DNA of 64,000 nt from Myxococcota bacterium (GTDB lineage Bacteria; Myxococcota; UBA4151): contig JAYZBQ010000048.1 in the NCBI GenBank assembly GCA_036338695.1, positions 32,001 to 96,000 on the forward strand, in the 5' to 3' direction. Below, in pieces: positions 27,005 to 35,805 of this stretch. The position numbers and the translations under genes are program-made. The notes under the pieces are model-generated. The model did not search any database and was not told the DNA's origin. It was given only the letters and a program-made list of their open reading frames with translations. Each line of letters opens with the position of its first letter. Within the stretch, counting starts at the first letter, position 1.

Positions 27005-28184
27005 GGCGAAGGTCCCTGATCATCATCAACCGCTGGCGGAGCGCATGCGACCCAGCGACCTCAGCGAGGTGATCGGTCAGAGCCACCTACTCGGCGATGA
27101 TGGACTGATCAGCCGCCTGGTGGCGGCGCAGACCATCCCATCCATGATGCTGTGGGGTCCGCCTGGGGTCGGCAAAACCACGCTCGCTCGACTGCTGGCG
27201 CAGAGCACTCGCGCAGCCTTCGAGGCGATGTCGGCGGTCCAAGCAGGAGTCAGTGAACTCAAGGTCATCCTGGCACGAGCGCACGATCGCTTGGGCTACC
27301 ATGGGCAGCGGACCGTCCTCTTCTTGGACGAGATCCATCGCTTCAACAAAGCCCAGCAGGACGTGCTGCTGCCACATATCGAGTCGGGTCGGCTGATCCT
27401 CATCGGCGCGACCACAGAGAATCCAGGCTTCGCCGTGATCCCGGCGTTGCGGTCGCGCTGCATGAGCGTGGCCCTGCATGCGCTCAGCCTCAATGAGTTG
27501 GCGCGCGTGCTCAAGCGAGGGGCGGCGGTGCTCGAGCGCGAGCTCACGACCCCAGCGATCGAGCGGATCATCCGCACCGCACAAGGCGACGCCCGGCGGT
27601 GCCTTAATCTGCTCGAGTGGAGTCATCACCTGGTCCCACAGGGTCCGCTGACCGAGGAAGCGGTCTCGGTCGCCGCCGATCGCGTCGCGGTTCTCGGCGA
27701 TCGCCAAGGCGATCACCACTACGACACCATCTCGGCGCTGATCAAAAGCCTGCGCGCCTCCGACTCGAACGCAGCGTTGCATTATCTGGCGCGCATGCTC
27801 GAAGCGGGCGAAGACGTCGCCTTCATCGCCCGCCGCCTGGTGATCTTTGCGTCTGAAGACGTGGGTAACGCCGCGCCCATGGCGCTGGTGGTGAGCCAAG
27901 CCGCAGCCGACGCCGTGCGCTTTATCGGGATGCCAGAGGCTGCGCTCACCCTAAGCCAAGCGGTCACCTTCCTCGCCGACGCGCCTAAGTCGCGCGCCTG
28001 CACCGAAGCGATCCAGGCGGCGCGCAGCGACCTCCAAACGGAGGCGTGGCCGCCGATTCCAGACCATCTTCTGAATCGAAAACGACCGACGAACGTCAAG
28101 AACCAACAAGAGGCTGGTCCGCTCTTGCCGAAGACGCTAGCAGACCGGTGCTACTATCCGAAGCGAGAGGTGCTTGATGACTGA
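26991..28184 (+). CDS. rarA: Replication-associated recombination protein A (RarA/MgsA)
   Basis: PLAERMRP, WGPPGVGKTTLA, DEIHRFNKAQQD, GATTENP, ASEDVGNA; GTG start at 26991. Confidence 0.95.
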   Translation: MQLFEAKVPDHHQPLAERMRPSDLSEVIGQSHLLGDDGLISRLVAAQTIPSMMLWGPPGVGKTTLARLLAQSTRAAFEAMSAVQAGVSELKVILARAHDRLGYHGQRTVLFLDEIHRFNKAQQDVLLPHIESGRLILIGATTENPGFAVIPALRSRCMSVALHALSLNELARVLKRGAAVLERELTTPAIERIIRTAQGDARRCLNLLEWSHHLVPQGPLTEEAVSVAADRVAVLGDRQGDHHYDTISALIKSLRASDSNAALHYLARMLEAGEDVAFIARRLVIFASEDVGNAAPMALVVSQAAADAVRFIGMPEAALTLSQAVTFLADAPKSRACTEAIQAARSDLQTEAWPPIPDHLLNRKRPTNVKNQQEAGPLLPKTLADRCYYPKREVLDD

Positions 28185-28353
28185 GCCATCCAAGGCCGTG
28201 ACCGACGCGATCCAATCCGGCAACAACGGCGCCGCGGCGCGTGCGGCGGGCGACGATTTGCCGGCGAGCCTGGTTCGAGACCCCATCTATGCGCTGATCT
28301 ATGGTGGCGGGCTCATCGTCTACGGGGCGCTCATCGTCGCCTTTTTGCTCTAG
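28177..28353 (+). CDS. 58-aa small membrane protein
   Basis: Below the ORF-track cutoff: MTEPSKAVTDAIQSGNNGAAARAAGDDLPASLVRDPIYALIYGGGLIVYGALIVAFLL. GAGG RBS, overlaps the rarA stop, ends 9 nt before the next start. Confidence 0.6.
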   Translation: MTEPSKAVTDAIQSGNNGAAARAAGDDLPASLVRDPIYALIYGGGLIVYGALIVAFLL

Positions 28354-28362
28354 GGAGAGATT

Positions 28363-29331
28363 ATGCTGTCCATCATCCTCACGCTGAGCGCTGTCTCGCC
28401 GGCAGATTCGGTGACGACGCTGGCGAAAGATCGCCGCGCCATGCGCCAGCTCAGGACTTTTCCCGGGATCAAGACCTGCAACAAAAACTGGGTCCTTAAA
28501 CGCACGAATTCCGAAGGCGATCTGTGCCGGATGGCGCTGCTGGCATCGACCGCAAAAGACGGCAGGAACATCCGCAAGAGCTCCAAAGACTACGAGATGA
28601 CGACGGTCCGGCGCGCCGCCTACTTGGTCGAGGCGATCAGCTACGCTGAGAAGGCAGCCGCCAAGCTCACCAAAGGCAAGGTCGCCAAACAGTGGAAACT
28701 GCTCAAAGCGACCCGCGCCATCAGCGAGGTCTGTCCGATCATCGATGATCTCATCCAAGAAGCGGCGATGGCACCGCTGAGCGCCGTCAAGGCGCGCAGC
28801 CTGTCCTCCGCCCTCAAACAGGGCGTCACCGCCCGCCAAGCGACCTGCCGCTGCATGAACGCGCTGCGCACGGTCAGCCAACCCCTCAAGTCGAAGCAGA
28901 AGTTTGTCCTTCGAGCGCGGGAGCAAGTCGGGATGTCCGGATGCATCGCACAGCGGCTCGAAGTCGCACGGGCAACGCAATACGTCGCCCCCAAGCGCAG
29001 CCGCTTCTCTAAGGCGGGTCGAGCTCAAAGGGTCGCCGAGACCAAGCGCCTGGCGGCGCCCTCTCGCCAAGAGGCGGCGATGAACGTCATTGAGCGCAAC
29101 CGCAGCGAGATCAACTCGTGCGCCGCCGAGGCGCGCAAGCTCGGCGGAAACCGCAGCATGCGGGCCAAGCGCATGAAGCGCTGCATCTGCCCGTCGGCAA
29201 AAGGGTGGCGCTTCGCACCGGGCAAACCGATGATGCTGGAGGAGGAAGCGAGCAAAGGGACGCTCATCCTCCGGCTCGAGACCGGTCGGCGCGGGCGAGT
29301 GAAGAAGTGCGGAGTGGTCGTGAAGAAGTGA
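28363..29331 (+). CDS. Basic, Cys-containing secreted protein of unknown function
   Basis: GGGAG RBS, short signal-like N-terminus, K/R-rich, GTGA overlap with mutS2. Confidence 0.65.
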   Translation: MLSIILTLSAVSPADSVTTLAKDRRAMRQLRTFPGIKTCNKNWVLKRTNSEGDLCRMALLASTAKDGRNIRKSSKDYEMTTVRRAAYLVEAISYAEKAAAKLTKGKVAKQWKLLKATRAISEVCPIIDDLIQEAAMAPLSAVKARSLSSALKQGVTARQATCRCMNALRTVSQPLKSKQKFVLRAREQVGMSGCIAQRLEVARATQYVAPKRSRFSKAGRAQRVAETKRLAAPSRQEAAMNVIERNRSEINSCAAEARKLGGNRSMRAKRMKRCICPSAKGWRFAPGKPMMLEEEASKGTLILRLETGRRGRVKKCGVVVKK

Positions 29332-31700
29332 GCGACCCGCTCCACCTCAGCCGGCTCAGCACTTGGCTCAACGACCACGCATCAACCCCGTTCGGCCGCG
29401 AGCAACTCAAAGACAAACCCCTCGCAGAGGGCGTCGAGCTCGAGCGACGCCTCGAGGCTGCGGTCGCGTGGGCGGAGCTCCTCGGTCTCGACGATACCCC
29501 GGGGCTTTACCTTGAGGCAGACTGCCGCCCCAGCCTCGATCGCGTCCGGCGCGGCGGACAGCTTGACCCGTCTCAACTCAACGAGGTCAAACAGCTCACC
29601 CGGGTGCTGACGGACCTGCGACCGCTCAACAACACGCCTCATGCGAGCGTCAGCGGGCTAGCCTCTGCGCTCGGCGACTATGAAGACCTCCTGGTTCGAC
29701 TCGAAGCCAGCGTCGGTCCAGCCGGCGACCTGCTCGACGGCGCCAGCGCAGAGCTCGGCACCCTGCGCGCTCGCCATGAGTCCGCCAAGCGGCGCTATGC
29801 CGAGCTCGCCGATGACCTGCGCGACACCCTCCACAGCGAGGGGCACTTATCCGACCGCTACGTCACGCAGCGCGACGACCGCCACGTGCTGCCGGTCAAA
29901 GCGGCGTCTAAACGTCAATTTGGCGGCGTCGTGCACGACGCAAGCCGTTCGGGTAAAACCGCCTATGTCGAGCCTGCGCAGCTGATTGAAGCGGGCGCTC
30001 AAGTGCGTAAGACAGAAGATGCTGTGCGCGCAGAAGAGCAACGAATTCTCAAGCGCCTCTCGAGCCTCGTCGCGACCCACGCGACCGAACTCGGCGACGA
30101 CATCAGGATCCTTGGTACGCTCGATGCCGATCGTGCGCGCGGCGCGTTTTCACGGACCTTTGATGGGGTGGCTCCTCGTTTCCATGAACGCGGCATCAGG
30201 CTCCAAGCGCTCCGGCCACCCGCGCTCCTCCTCGCCGGGTTGGAGCGCGTGGTGCCTTTCGACATGACCCTCGAGGCGCCGACCCGGGTCTTGATCATCA
30301 GCGGCCCTAACGGAGGCGGTAAGTCCGTTGCGTTGACCGCCTGCGCGTGGGCTTTCGAGTTGGCGCGGCGCGGCGTACCCATCCCTGCGCAACACGCCGA
30401 GTTACCGGCGCCTCCTTACGCCGTCGCGGCGGTGGTCGGCGACGCCGCTGACGACCGCGCCGCACACTCCACCTTCTCCGGTCACCTCGAGTCGCTGCAA
30501 CGCGCTCTTGAGGTCGCTGACCAAGAGCGCTCGCTCATCGTGATCGACGAGATCGCAAGCGGCACAGAGCCGACTGCGGGCAGCGCCATCGCCTGTGGCT
30601 TTCTTGAGTGCCTGGCGGAGCGCAACGCCTTGGTCGTGACCACAACGCACTACGACCCCGTCAAACAGCTCGGACTCCAGCACCCTAAGATGCGAGCAGC
30701 CGCCGTACGCGACCGACGAGATCCCGAGGTCGCTTTTCGGCTCTTCATCGACGAGGTCGGCGGGTCGCACCCGATCAAACTTGCCGTGGACCTCGGACTC
30801 CCCGACGACGTGATCGCACGAGCCCGGCATCACCTCGACCCCGAACGGCGCGCCGAGCTCGATCAACTCAAGGCGCAACAGAGCGAGGCGACGCAGCTTG
30901 AGCGCTTGCGCCAGGAGCTGCGCGCCGAACGCCAAGAGCTGAGCGAGCGCCACGACGAACTCGTCGCGCAACGCGCTCGGCTCGAGGCGCAGGAAGCCAA
31001 GCGCCAAAGGGCCTATGAGCGAGACAAAGAGCGTCTGCAGCAGCTCAAAGGCGAGCGCTTAGCCCAGATCGACGCGCTGCGATCCGAGCTCAGCGAGACG
31101 ATCAAAGCGCTACGCAGCCAAGGCGGCGCCGACGCTGCAAAGGCGGGGGATCGGTTGTTTGGTCAGGTCAACGACCTGCGGCAATCGGCGCAAGCGCTCG
31201 AGCTCACCAAAGAGGAGTCTGCGGCGCCGGCGACAACGATCCAAGTCGGCGACACCGTGCGCCTGTTCTCAGGAGGGAACACGGGGGTCGTGCAGGAGTT
31301 CCGTGGGAACCAGGCGGTGGTTTTGATCGAGGGCAAAGTGTTTCACCTGAGCCGAAAACAGCTGCAGCGCGCCGAGTCGTCATCACCTCGCCAAGCGCGA
31401 CGCGCACAACGCAAAGCGAACAAGGCTGCGAACCAGACCATCGCGGTGACGGACGCCAGCGCGCCCACGCTGGATCTACGCGGCCTGAGGCCCTTTGAGG
31501 CCGAGGCGCGTATCGACCGATTTTTGCAACAGCTCGTTGATGCTGATTGCGCTGGGCGCGTCATTCACGGCATCGGCACCGGGGCTTTGCGTAAGAAGAC
31601 GCTTCGCTATCTGAGCGAAGGACCTTGGAATGTAGCCTTCCGTGGTGGGTTCAGTACGGAAGGTGCCGACGGCGTCACCGTCGTGCGTGTGGAGGGCTGA
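29328..31700 (+). CDS. mutS2: MutS2 family protein with Smr domain
   Basis: VHDASRSGKTAYVEP, SGPNGGGKS, STFSGH, DEIASGTEP, TTHY, LDLRG..VIHGIGTGALR; GTG start at 29328. Confidence 0.92.
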   Translation: MSDPLHLSRLSTWLNDHASTPFGREQLKDKPLAEGVELERRLEAAVAWAELLGLDDTPGLYLEADCRPSLDRVRRGGQLDPSQLNEVKQLTRVLTDLRPLNNTPHASVSGLASALGDYEDLLVRLEASVGPAGDLLDGASAELGTLRARHESAKRRYAELADDLRDTLHSEGHLSDRYVTQRDDRHVLPVKAASKRQFGGVVHDASRSGKTAYVEPAQLIEAGAQVRKTEDAVRAEEQRILKRLSSLVATHATELGDDIRILGTLDADRARGAFSRTFDGVAPRFHERGIRLQALRPPALLLAGLERVVPFDMTLEAPTRVLIISGPNGGGKSVALTACAWAFELARRGVPIPAQHAELPAPPYAVAAVVGDAADDRAAHSTFSGHLESLQRALEVADQERSLIVIDEIASGTEPTAGSAIACGFLECLAERNALVVTTTHYDPVKQLGLQHPKMRAAAVRDRRDPEVAFRLFIDEVGGSHPIKLAVDLGLPDDVIARARHHLDPERRAELDQLKAQQSEATQLERLRQELRAERQELSERHDELVAQRARLEAQEAKRQRAYERDKERLQQLKGERLAQIDALRSELSETIKALRSQGGADAAKAGDRLFGQVNDLRQSAQALELTKEESAAPATTIQVGDTVRLFSGGNTGVVQEFRGNQAVVLIEGKVFHLSRKQLQRAESSSPRQARRAQRKANKAANQTIAVTDASAPTLDLRGLRPFEAEARIDRFLQQLVDADCAGRVIHGIGTGALRKKTLRYLSEGPWNVAFRGGFSTEGADGVTVVRVEG

Positions 31701-32320
31701 TGCAGACCATCGAGGCGGGCTTTAAGCTCTTTGAGTGGCAGTACGACGTCATCGCTGAGCGAAACGCTGTGCGCTCGGTCTTCTCAGGGCGCTCGACCAG
31801 CTACCAAGTCTTCGTAATGCGCCTCCTCGAAGAGGGGTTGTACCGCTTCGTCATCCTCTGTCCGATCGAGGCCGCGCTTGAGCACCGAGCCGGTCTGGGC
31901 GAGTTCCTTCATCGCACCAACACCAGCCTACCCCTCGGGGCTTTTGAGCTGGAGGTGGATCGCGGCGCCGTGCGCTGGGTGAGCAGCGTCGAGACCAACG
32001 GAGACCCGATCCCCCCTCACTGGATCGGCGGCGCCGTCCAGCGCGGCTTGACCAGCTTTGAGACGGTCTGGGAGGAGCTCCTTGCGGTGGCTGAAGGGCG
32101 TATGATCCCAAGCGCTGCGGCGATGCGCAGCCAGGTCGCCATGGAGCTCCCTCAGGTCAACCAGCAGCTCGAGGCACACGACACCGTCCTGAGCCTGCCC
32201 GCAATCGACGCCAGCGAGGAGCTCAGCGTCGTGGTCAGCGGTGATCAACTCGACGCTGCCACCGCCCTCCTTGAGCCGTTGTTCGGCGACCCACTCCCCT
32301 TTGCGCTCAAGCGCAGCTAA
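31700..32320 (+). CDS. YbjN-like (T3SS-chaperone-fold) domain protein
   Basis: EFLHRTNTSLPLGAFELEVDRGAVRW pattern; start overlaps the mutS2 stop. Confidence 0.55.
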   Translation: MQTIEAGFKLFEWQYDVIAERNAVRSVFSGRSTSYQVFVMRLLEEGLYRFVILCPIEAALEHRAGLGEFLHRTNTSLPLGAFELEVDRGAVRWVSSVETNGDPIPPHWIGGAVQRGLTSFETVWEELLAVAEGRMIPSAAAMRSQVAMELPQVNQQLEAHDTVLSLPAIDASEELSVVVSGDQLDAATALLEPLFGDPLPFALKRS

Positions 32321-32329
32321 AGGACCTCT

Positions 32330-33646
32330 ATGCGACTCTTTACGCTTATTGCGCTGACCAGCCTCTCGGCTCAGGCCAAGCCGCTCGACCTTAAAGTCCA
32401 AGAAAGGACGCTATCAAACGGGCTGCAGGTGGTCTCAGTCGAGCGCTTCGCAGCGCCGACCGTGAGCGTCCAGCTGTGGGTCCGTACCGGCTCGCGTCAT
32501 GAGCGCCCGGGCATCACCGGCATCGCCCACCTCTTCGAGCACATGATGTTCAAAGGCTCAAAGAATCTCGGCCCAGAAAAGCACGCTCAAGAGGTGATGA
32601 AGATCGGCGGTCAGCTCAACGCTTATACCACCCACGACGCCACCGTCTATTACGAGGACGTCGCCGCCCAAAACTTCGACGCGATCCTCGCTCTCGAGGC
32701 GGAGCGCTTTCAACATCTCGCGCTCTCCGAGTCGATGCTCGAGAGCGAGCGTGAGGTGGTCAAAGAAGAGCGCCGGATGCGGACCGACAACTCGCCCACA
32801 GGGACCCTTATCGAGGCGTTCTTTGGGGCTGCCTACAAAGCGCACAACTACCGCTGGCCGGTGGTCGGCTGGATGAAGGACCTCGACGCGATCAACCTCA
32901 AAGACTGCCAAGACTTCTTCAACATACACTACAACCCAAAGAACGTAACCGTGTTGATCGTCGGAGCGATCGACCATGAGACAGCGTTCAAGCGAGTCGA
33001 GCACCACTTTGGGGCGTGGCAAGCACAGCCTCGCTCGGAGCCGACGCCGCAGGTGGAGCCCGAGCTGACGAGCCGGCGCGAAGAGACGGTACGCTTCGCC
33101 ACCAACACGCCACTTCTGCTCGGCGGCTGGAAAGTTCCCGCAGCAAAGCATGAAGACATCGTTGCGCTCAAGCTGCTCGGTAAGATCCTCAGCGACGGCG
33201 CCTCGAGCCGCATGTATCGATCGCTGGTCTACGAACAAGAGCTCGCTCAATATGCGGCGGGCGATGTGCTGACTCAGGTGGACAACGGCCAGTTCTACCT
33301 CTGGTCAGCGGCGCGTCCGAGCGTGGACATCGACCAGGTCGAGGCGGCGATGCTCAAGGTCGTTGAGCAGGTCAAAAAGAACGGCGTGACCCCGAGTGAG
33401 CTCAAGCGCGCTCAGGCGCAAGCAGAGGCTGAGTCGGTGGCGAAGCTAAAGAAGGCACACGGCATCGCAAGCCTCTTGGGCTGGAGCTTGATGTACCACG
33501 GCGACTGGCGCCCTGCGCTCACTGAGCTTGACCGCCTCCGCGCCGTCCAACCGGAAGACGTGCAGCGCGTCGCCAAGACCTATCTGGCGCCCGATCGGAT
33601 GACGGTGGTCAAGCTGCTCCCCGAAGCGAAGGAGGTCACCCCATGA
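32330..33646 (+). CDS. M16B zinc peptidase, catalytic subunit
   Basis: GIAHLFEHMMFKG (HxxEH), NAYT, EREVVKEERRMR; signal peptide. Confidence 0.93.
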   Translation: MRLFTLIALTSLSAQAKPLDLKVQERTLSNGLQVVSVERFAAPTVSVQLWVRTGSRHERPGITGIAHLFEHMMFKGSKNLGPEKHAQEVMKIGGQLNAYTTHDATVYYEDVAAQNFDAILALEAERFQHLALSESMLESEREVVKEERRMRTDNSPTGTLIEAFFGAAYKAHNYRWPVVGWMKDLDAINLKDCQDFFNIHYNPKNVTVLIVGAIDHETAFKRVEHHFGAWQAQPRSEPTPQVEPELTSRREETVRFATNTPLLLGGWKVPAAKHEDIVALKLLGKILSDGASSRMYRSLVYEQELAQYAAGDVLTQVDNGQFYLWSAARPSVDIDQVEAAMLKVVEQVKKNGVTPSELKRAQAQAEAESVAKLKKAHGIASLLGWSLMYHGDWRPALTELDRLRAVQPEDVQRVAKTYLAPDRMTVVKLLPEAKEVTP

Positions 33647-35052
33647 GGTCGTTGATGCTGTTCTCGCTGGTCGCTGGTTGCGCCACCGCACCTCAGCGTG
33701 CCGCCACGCCGCAAGCCACGGCGAGCGAGTCGGCTCGGCAAACGCTTCGGTATCAGGTCGAGGGGGTCTCCGTGATCCAAGTGATCGATACGAGCCTGCC
33801 GACCATCCGCCTTACCTACCAGTTCCCTCAAGGCGCTGACGCTGAGCAGCCTTCAGAGCTCGGCGCCACTCGGCTGCTCGCCAGCCTCATGACCAAGGGC
33901 TCCAAAGGGCGCTCGGCGATGGAGGTAGCGCAAGCGGTGGATGCGCTCGGGGCGTCGATCTCGGGCTCGGCGAGTCGCGACGCCATGACCTTCTCGGCGG
34001 GCGGGTTGAGCCGAGACCTAGGAGCCTTGTCGACGCTCCTCGCCGACACCGTGCGCCACCCGAACCTCGACGCCCAAGAGTTCGAGCGCCTCAAGCGTCA
34101 AGCGCTTGCCGGCATGAAGAGCAGCCGAACACGCGGTCAGAGCCTCGCGCAACCGGCGCTGCTCAAGCTGATGTACAACGGCGACCGACTCGGCACGCCG
34201 ATCAGCGGGGACGAAGCGAGCGTTGGTGCGCTTGGGCTTGAGACGCTCAAGTCACTCTACAAACAAAGCGTCCACCCCGGCGGGCTGGTGATCGGTGTGT
34301 TCGGCGACGCAACGCAAGCCGAGGTCACAAAGCACCTGAAAACGCAGCTCGCTGGCTGGGTTGCGCAGGGCGAGCGCAAACGGCCACCGGAGGCTGCGTT
34401 CGCGCCGAAGGTGCGCATTCACCTGGTCGATAAACCCGACCTGACGCAGGTGAATGTCCATCTTGGGCATGCAGGGATCAAGCGCAACCGGGATGACTTC
34501 GAGGCGGTCACGCTCATGAACTATGCGCTCGGCGGCGGCGGCTTCTCGAGCCGTCTGATGAAGCTGATCCGGTCGGAGCGCGGGCTCACCTACGGCATCC
34601 GCTCCGGCTTCTCGTCGGGCGAACGCGCCGGTCCGTTTATGATCACCAGCTTTACCCGGGTCGACAAGGTCCGTGAGCTGATCGACCTGAGCATGCGCGT
34701 GCTCAGCGAGGTCAAAAACCAAGGGATCACGCAGGGCGAGCTCGACGACGCCAAGGGCTATTACCTTGGCTCGTACCCGCTCAGCCTCGAGACCGTCGAA
34801 GGCGAGGGCGGAAAGCTGCTGCAAGCAGCTCGTTACGGCTTAGGCGATGACTTCATCAGCGCCTACCCTAAGCGCCTTGAGGCGGTCACGCTCGAGGCGG
34901 TCAATGCGCTCGCTAAGAGCTTACTTGAGCCCGATAAGCTGGTGATCGTCTTGGTCGGCCCCAAGGATCAGCTCATCGAGTCGGTCAAGGACCTCGGGGC
35001 GATGCGCGCCACCTGGTGGGAAGATGACCGACCCGTCTCGGTGACCCCCTAA
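33643..35052 (+). CDS. M16B peptidase, non-catalytic subunit (lipoprotein)
   Basis: Lipobox VAGC; no HxxEH; LGGGGFSSRLMKLIRSERGLTYGI. Confidence 0.88.
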   Translation: MRSLMLFSLVAGCATAPQRAATPQATASESARQTLRYQVEGVSVIQVIDTSLPTIRLTYQFPQGADAEQPSELGATRLLASLMTKGSKGRSAMEVAQAVDALGASISGSASRDAMTFSAGGLSRDLGALSTLLADTVRHPNLDAQEFERLKRQALAGMKSSRTRGQSLAQPALLKLMYNGDRLGTPISGDEASVGALGLETLKSLYKQSVHPGGLVIGVFGDATQAEVTKHLKTQLAGWVAQGERKRPPEAAFAPKVRIHLVDKPDLTQVNVHLGHAGIKRNRDDFEAVTLMNYALGGGGFSSRLMKLIRSERGLTYGIRSGFSSGERAGPFMITSFTRVDKVRELIDLSMRVLSEVKNQGITQGELDDAKGYYLGSYPLSLETVEGEGGKLLQAARYGLGDDFISAYPKRLEAVTLEAVNALAKSLLEPDKLVIVLVGPKDQLIESVKDLGAMRATWWEDDRPVSVTP

Positions 35053-35092
35053 ACTTCTTGCACTTCACGGACTTCCGAACCATCGGGTGGCT

Positions 35093-35803
35093 ATGAACAT
35101 CGACGTGACGGTAGTGATCCCGGTGTACAACGAGGAGCTGATCCTCGAAGAGGCACTTCTTGAGCTGCTCGAGAACCTGCGGGCGCACCAGTCGGCGTTT
35201 GAGGTGATCATCTCAGCCAACGGGTGCGTCGATCAGACCGAGGCGATCGCTGAGCGGCTTGCGGCCTCTCACCCAGAACTGATCCTCCACCGCTGCCCTG
35301 AGCCAGACTACGGTGAGGCGCTCAAGCAAGGCATCGAGCGGGCGCGCGGTCGGCTGGTGATTTGCGAAGAGATCGACCTGTGTGATGATCGATTTCATCG
35401 CACGGCGCTTGCGATGCTCGACGCAGACCCTGAGCTGGCGATGGTGGTGGGCTCCAAAGCCCTCCCCGGCGCACGCGACCGACGGCCTTACTTCCGCCGC
35501 TTCGCCACCCGCGTCCTCAACCGGATGCTGCGCACCGCAACGGGCTGGCGTGGCACCGACACGCACGGCTTAAAGGCGCTGCGGCGGGAGTTGATGCTGC
35601 CCGTCGTCGAGCGCTGTGAGCTACGCCGCGACCTCTTTGCGTCCGAGATGGTGATCCGCGCCTTTCATATGGACTGCCGAGTCGTCGAGTACCCGATCGA
35701 GCTTAGCGAGAAGCGACCGCCCAGCATCGGGTTGATGCGGCGAGTACCCAAGGTGCTGAGCGATATGGGCAAGCTGGCGGTGACGGTGCGCCGCAACAAA
35801 TAG
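35093..35803 (+). CDS. Glycosyltransferase family 2 (DPM/DPG-synthase-like)
   Basis: VVIPVYNEE, YGEALKQG, DTHGLKALRRE. Confidence 0.85.
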   Translation: MNIDVTVVIPVYNEELILEEALLELLENLRAHQSAFEVIISANGCVDQTEAIAERLAASHPELILHRCPEPDYGEALKQGIERARGRLVICEEIDLCDDRFHRTALAMLDADPELAMVVGSKALPGARDRRPYFRRFATRVLNRMLRTATGWRGTDTHGLKALRRELMLPVVERCELRRDLFASEMVIRAFHMDCRVVEYPIELSEKRPPSIGLMRRVPKVLSDMGKLAVTVRRNK

Positions 35804-35805
35804 GT

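Noticed and set aside
32330..35052. M16 peptidase pair with one subunit lacking HxxEH
   Set aside because: Ordinary heterodimeric M16B arrangement, not a pseudogene.
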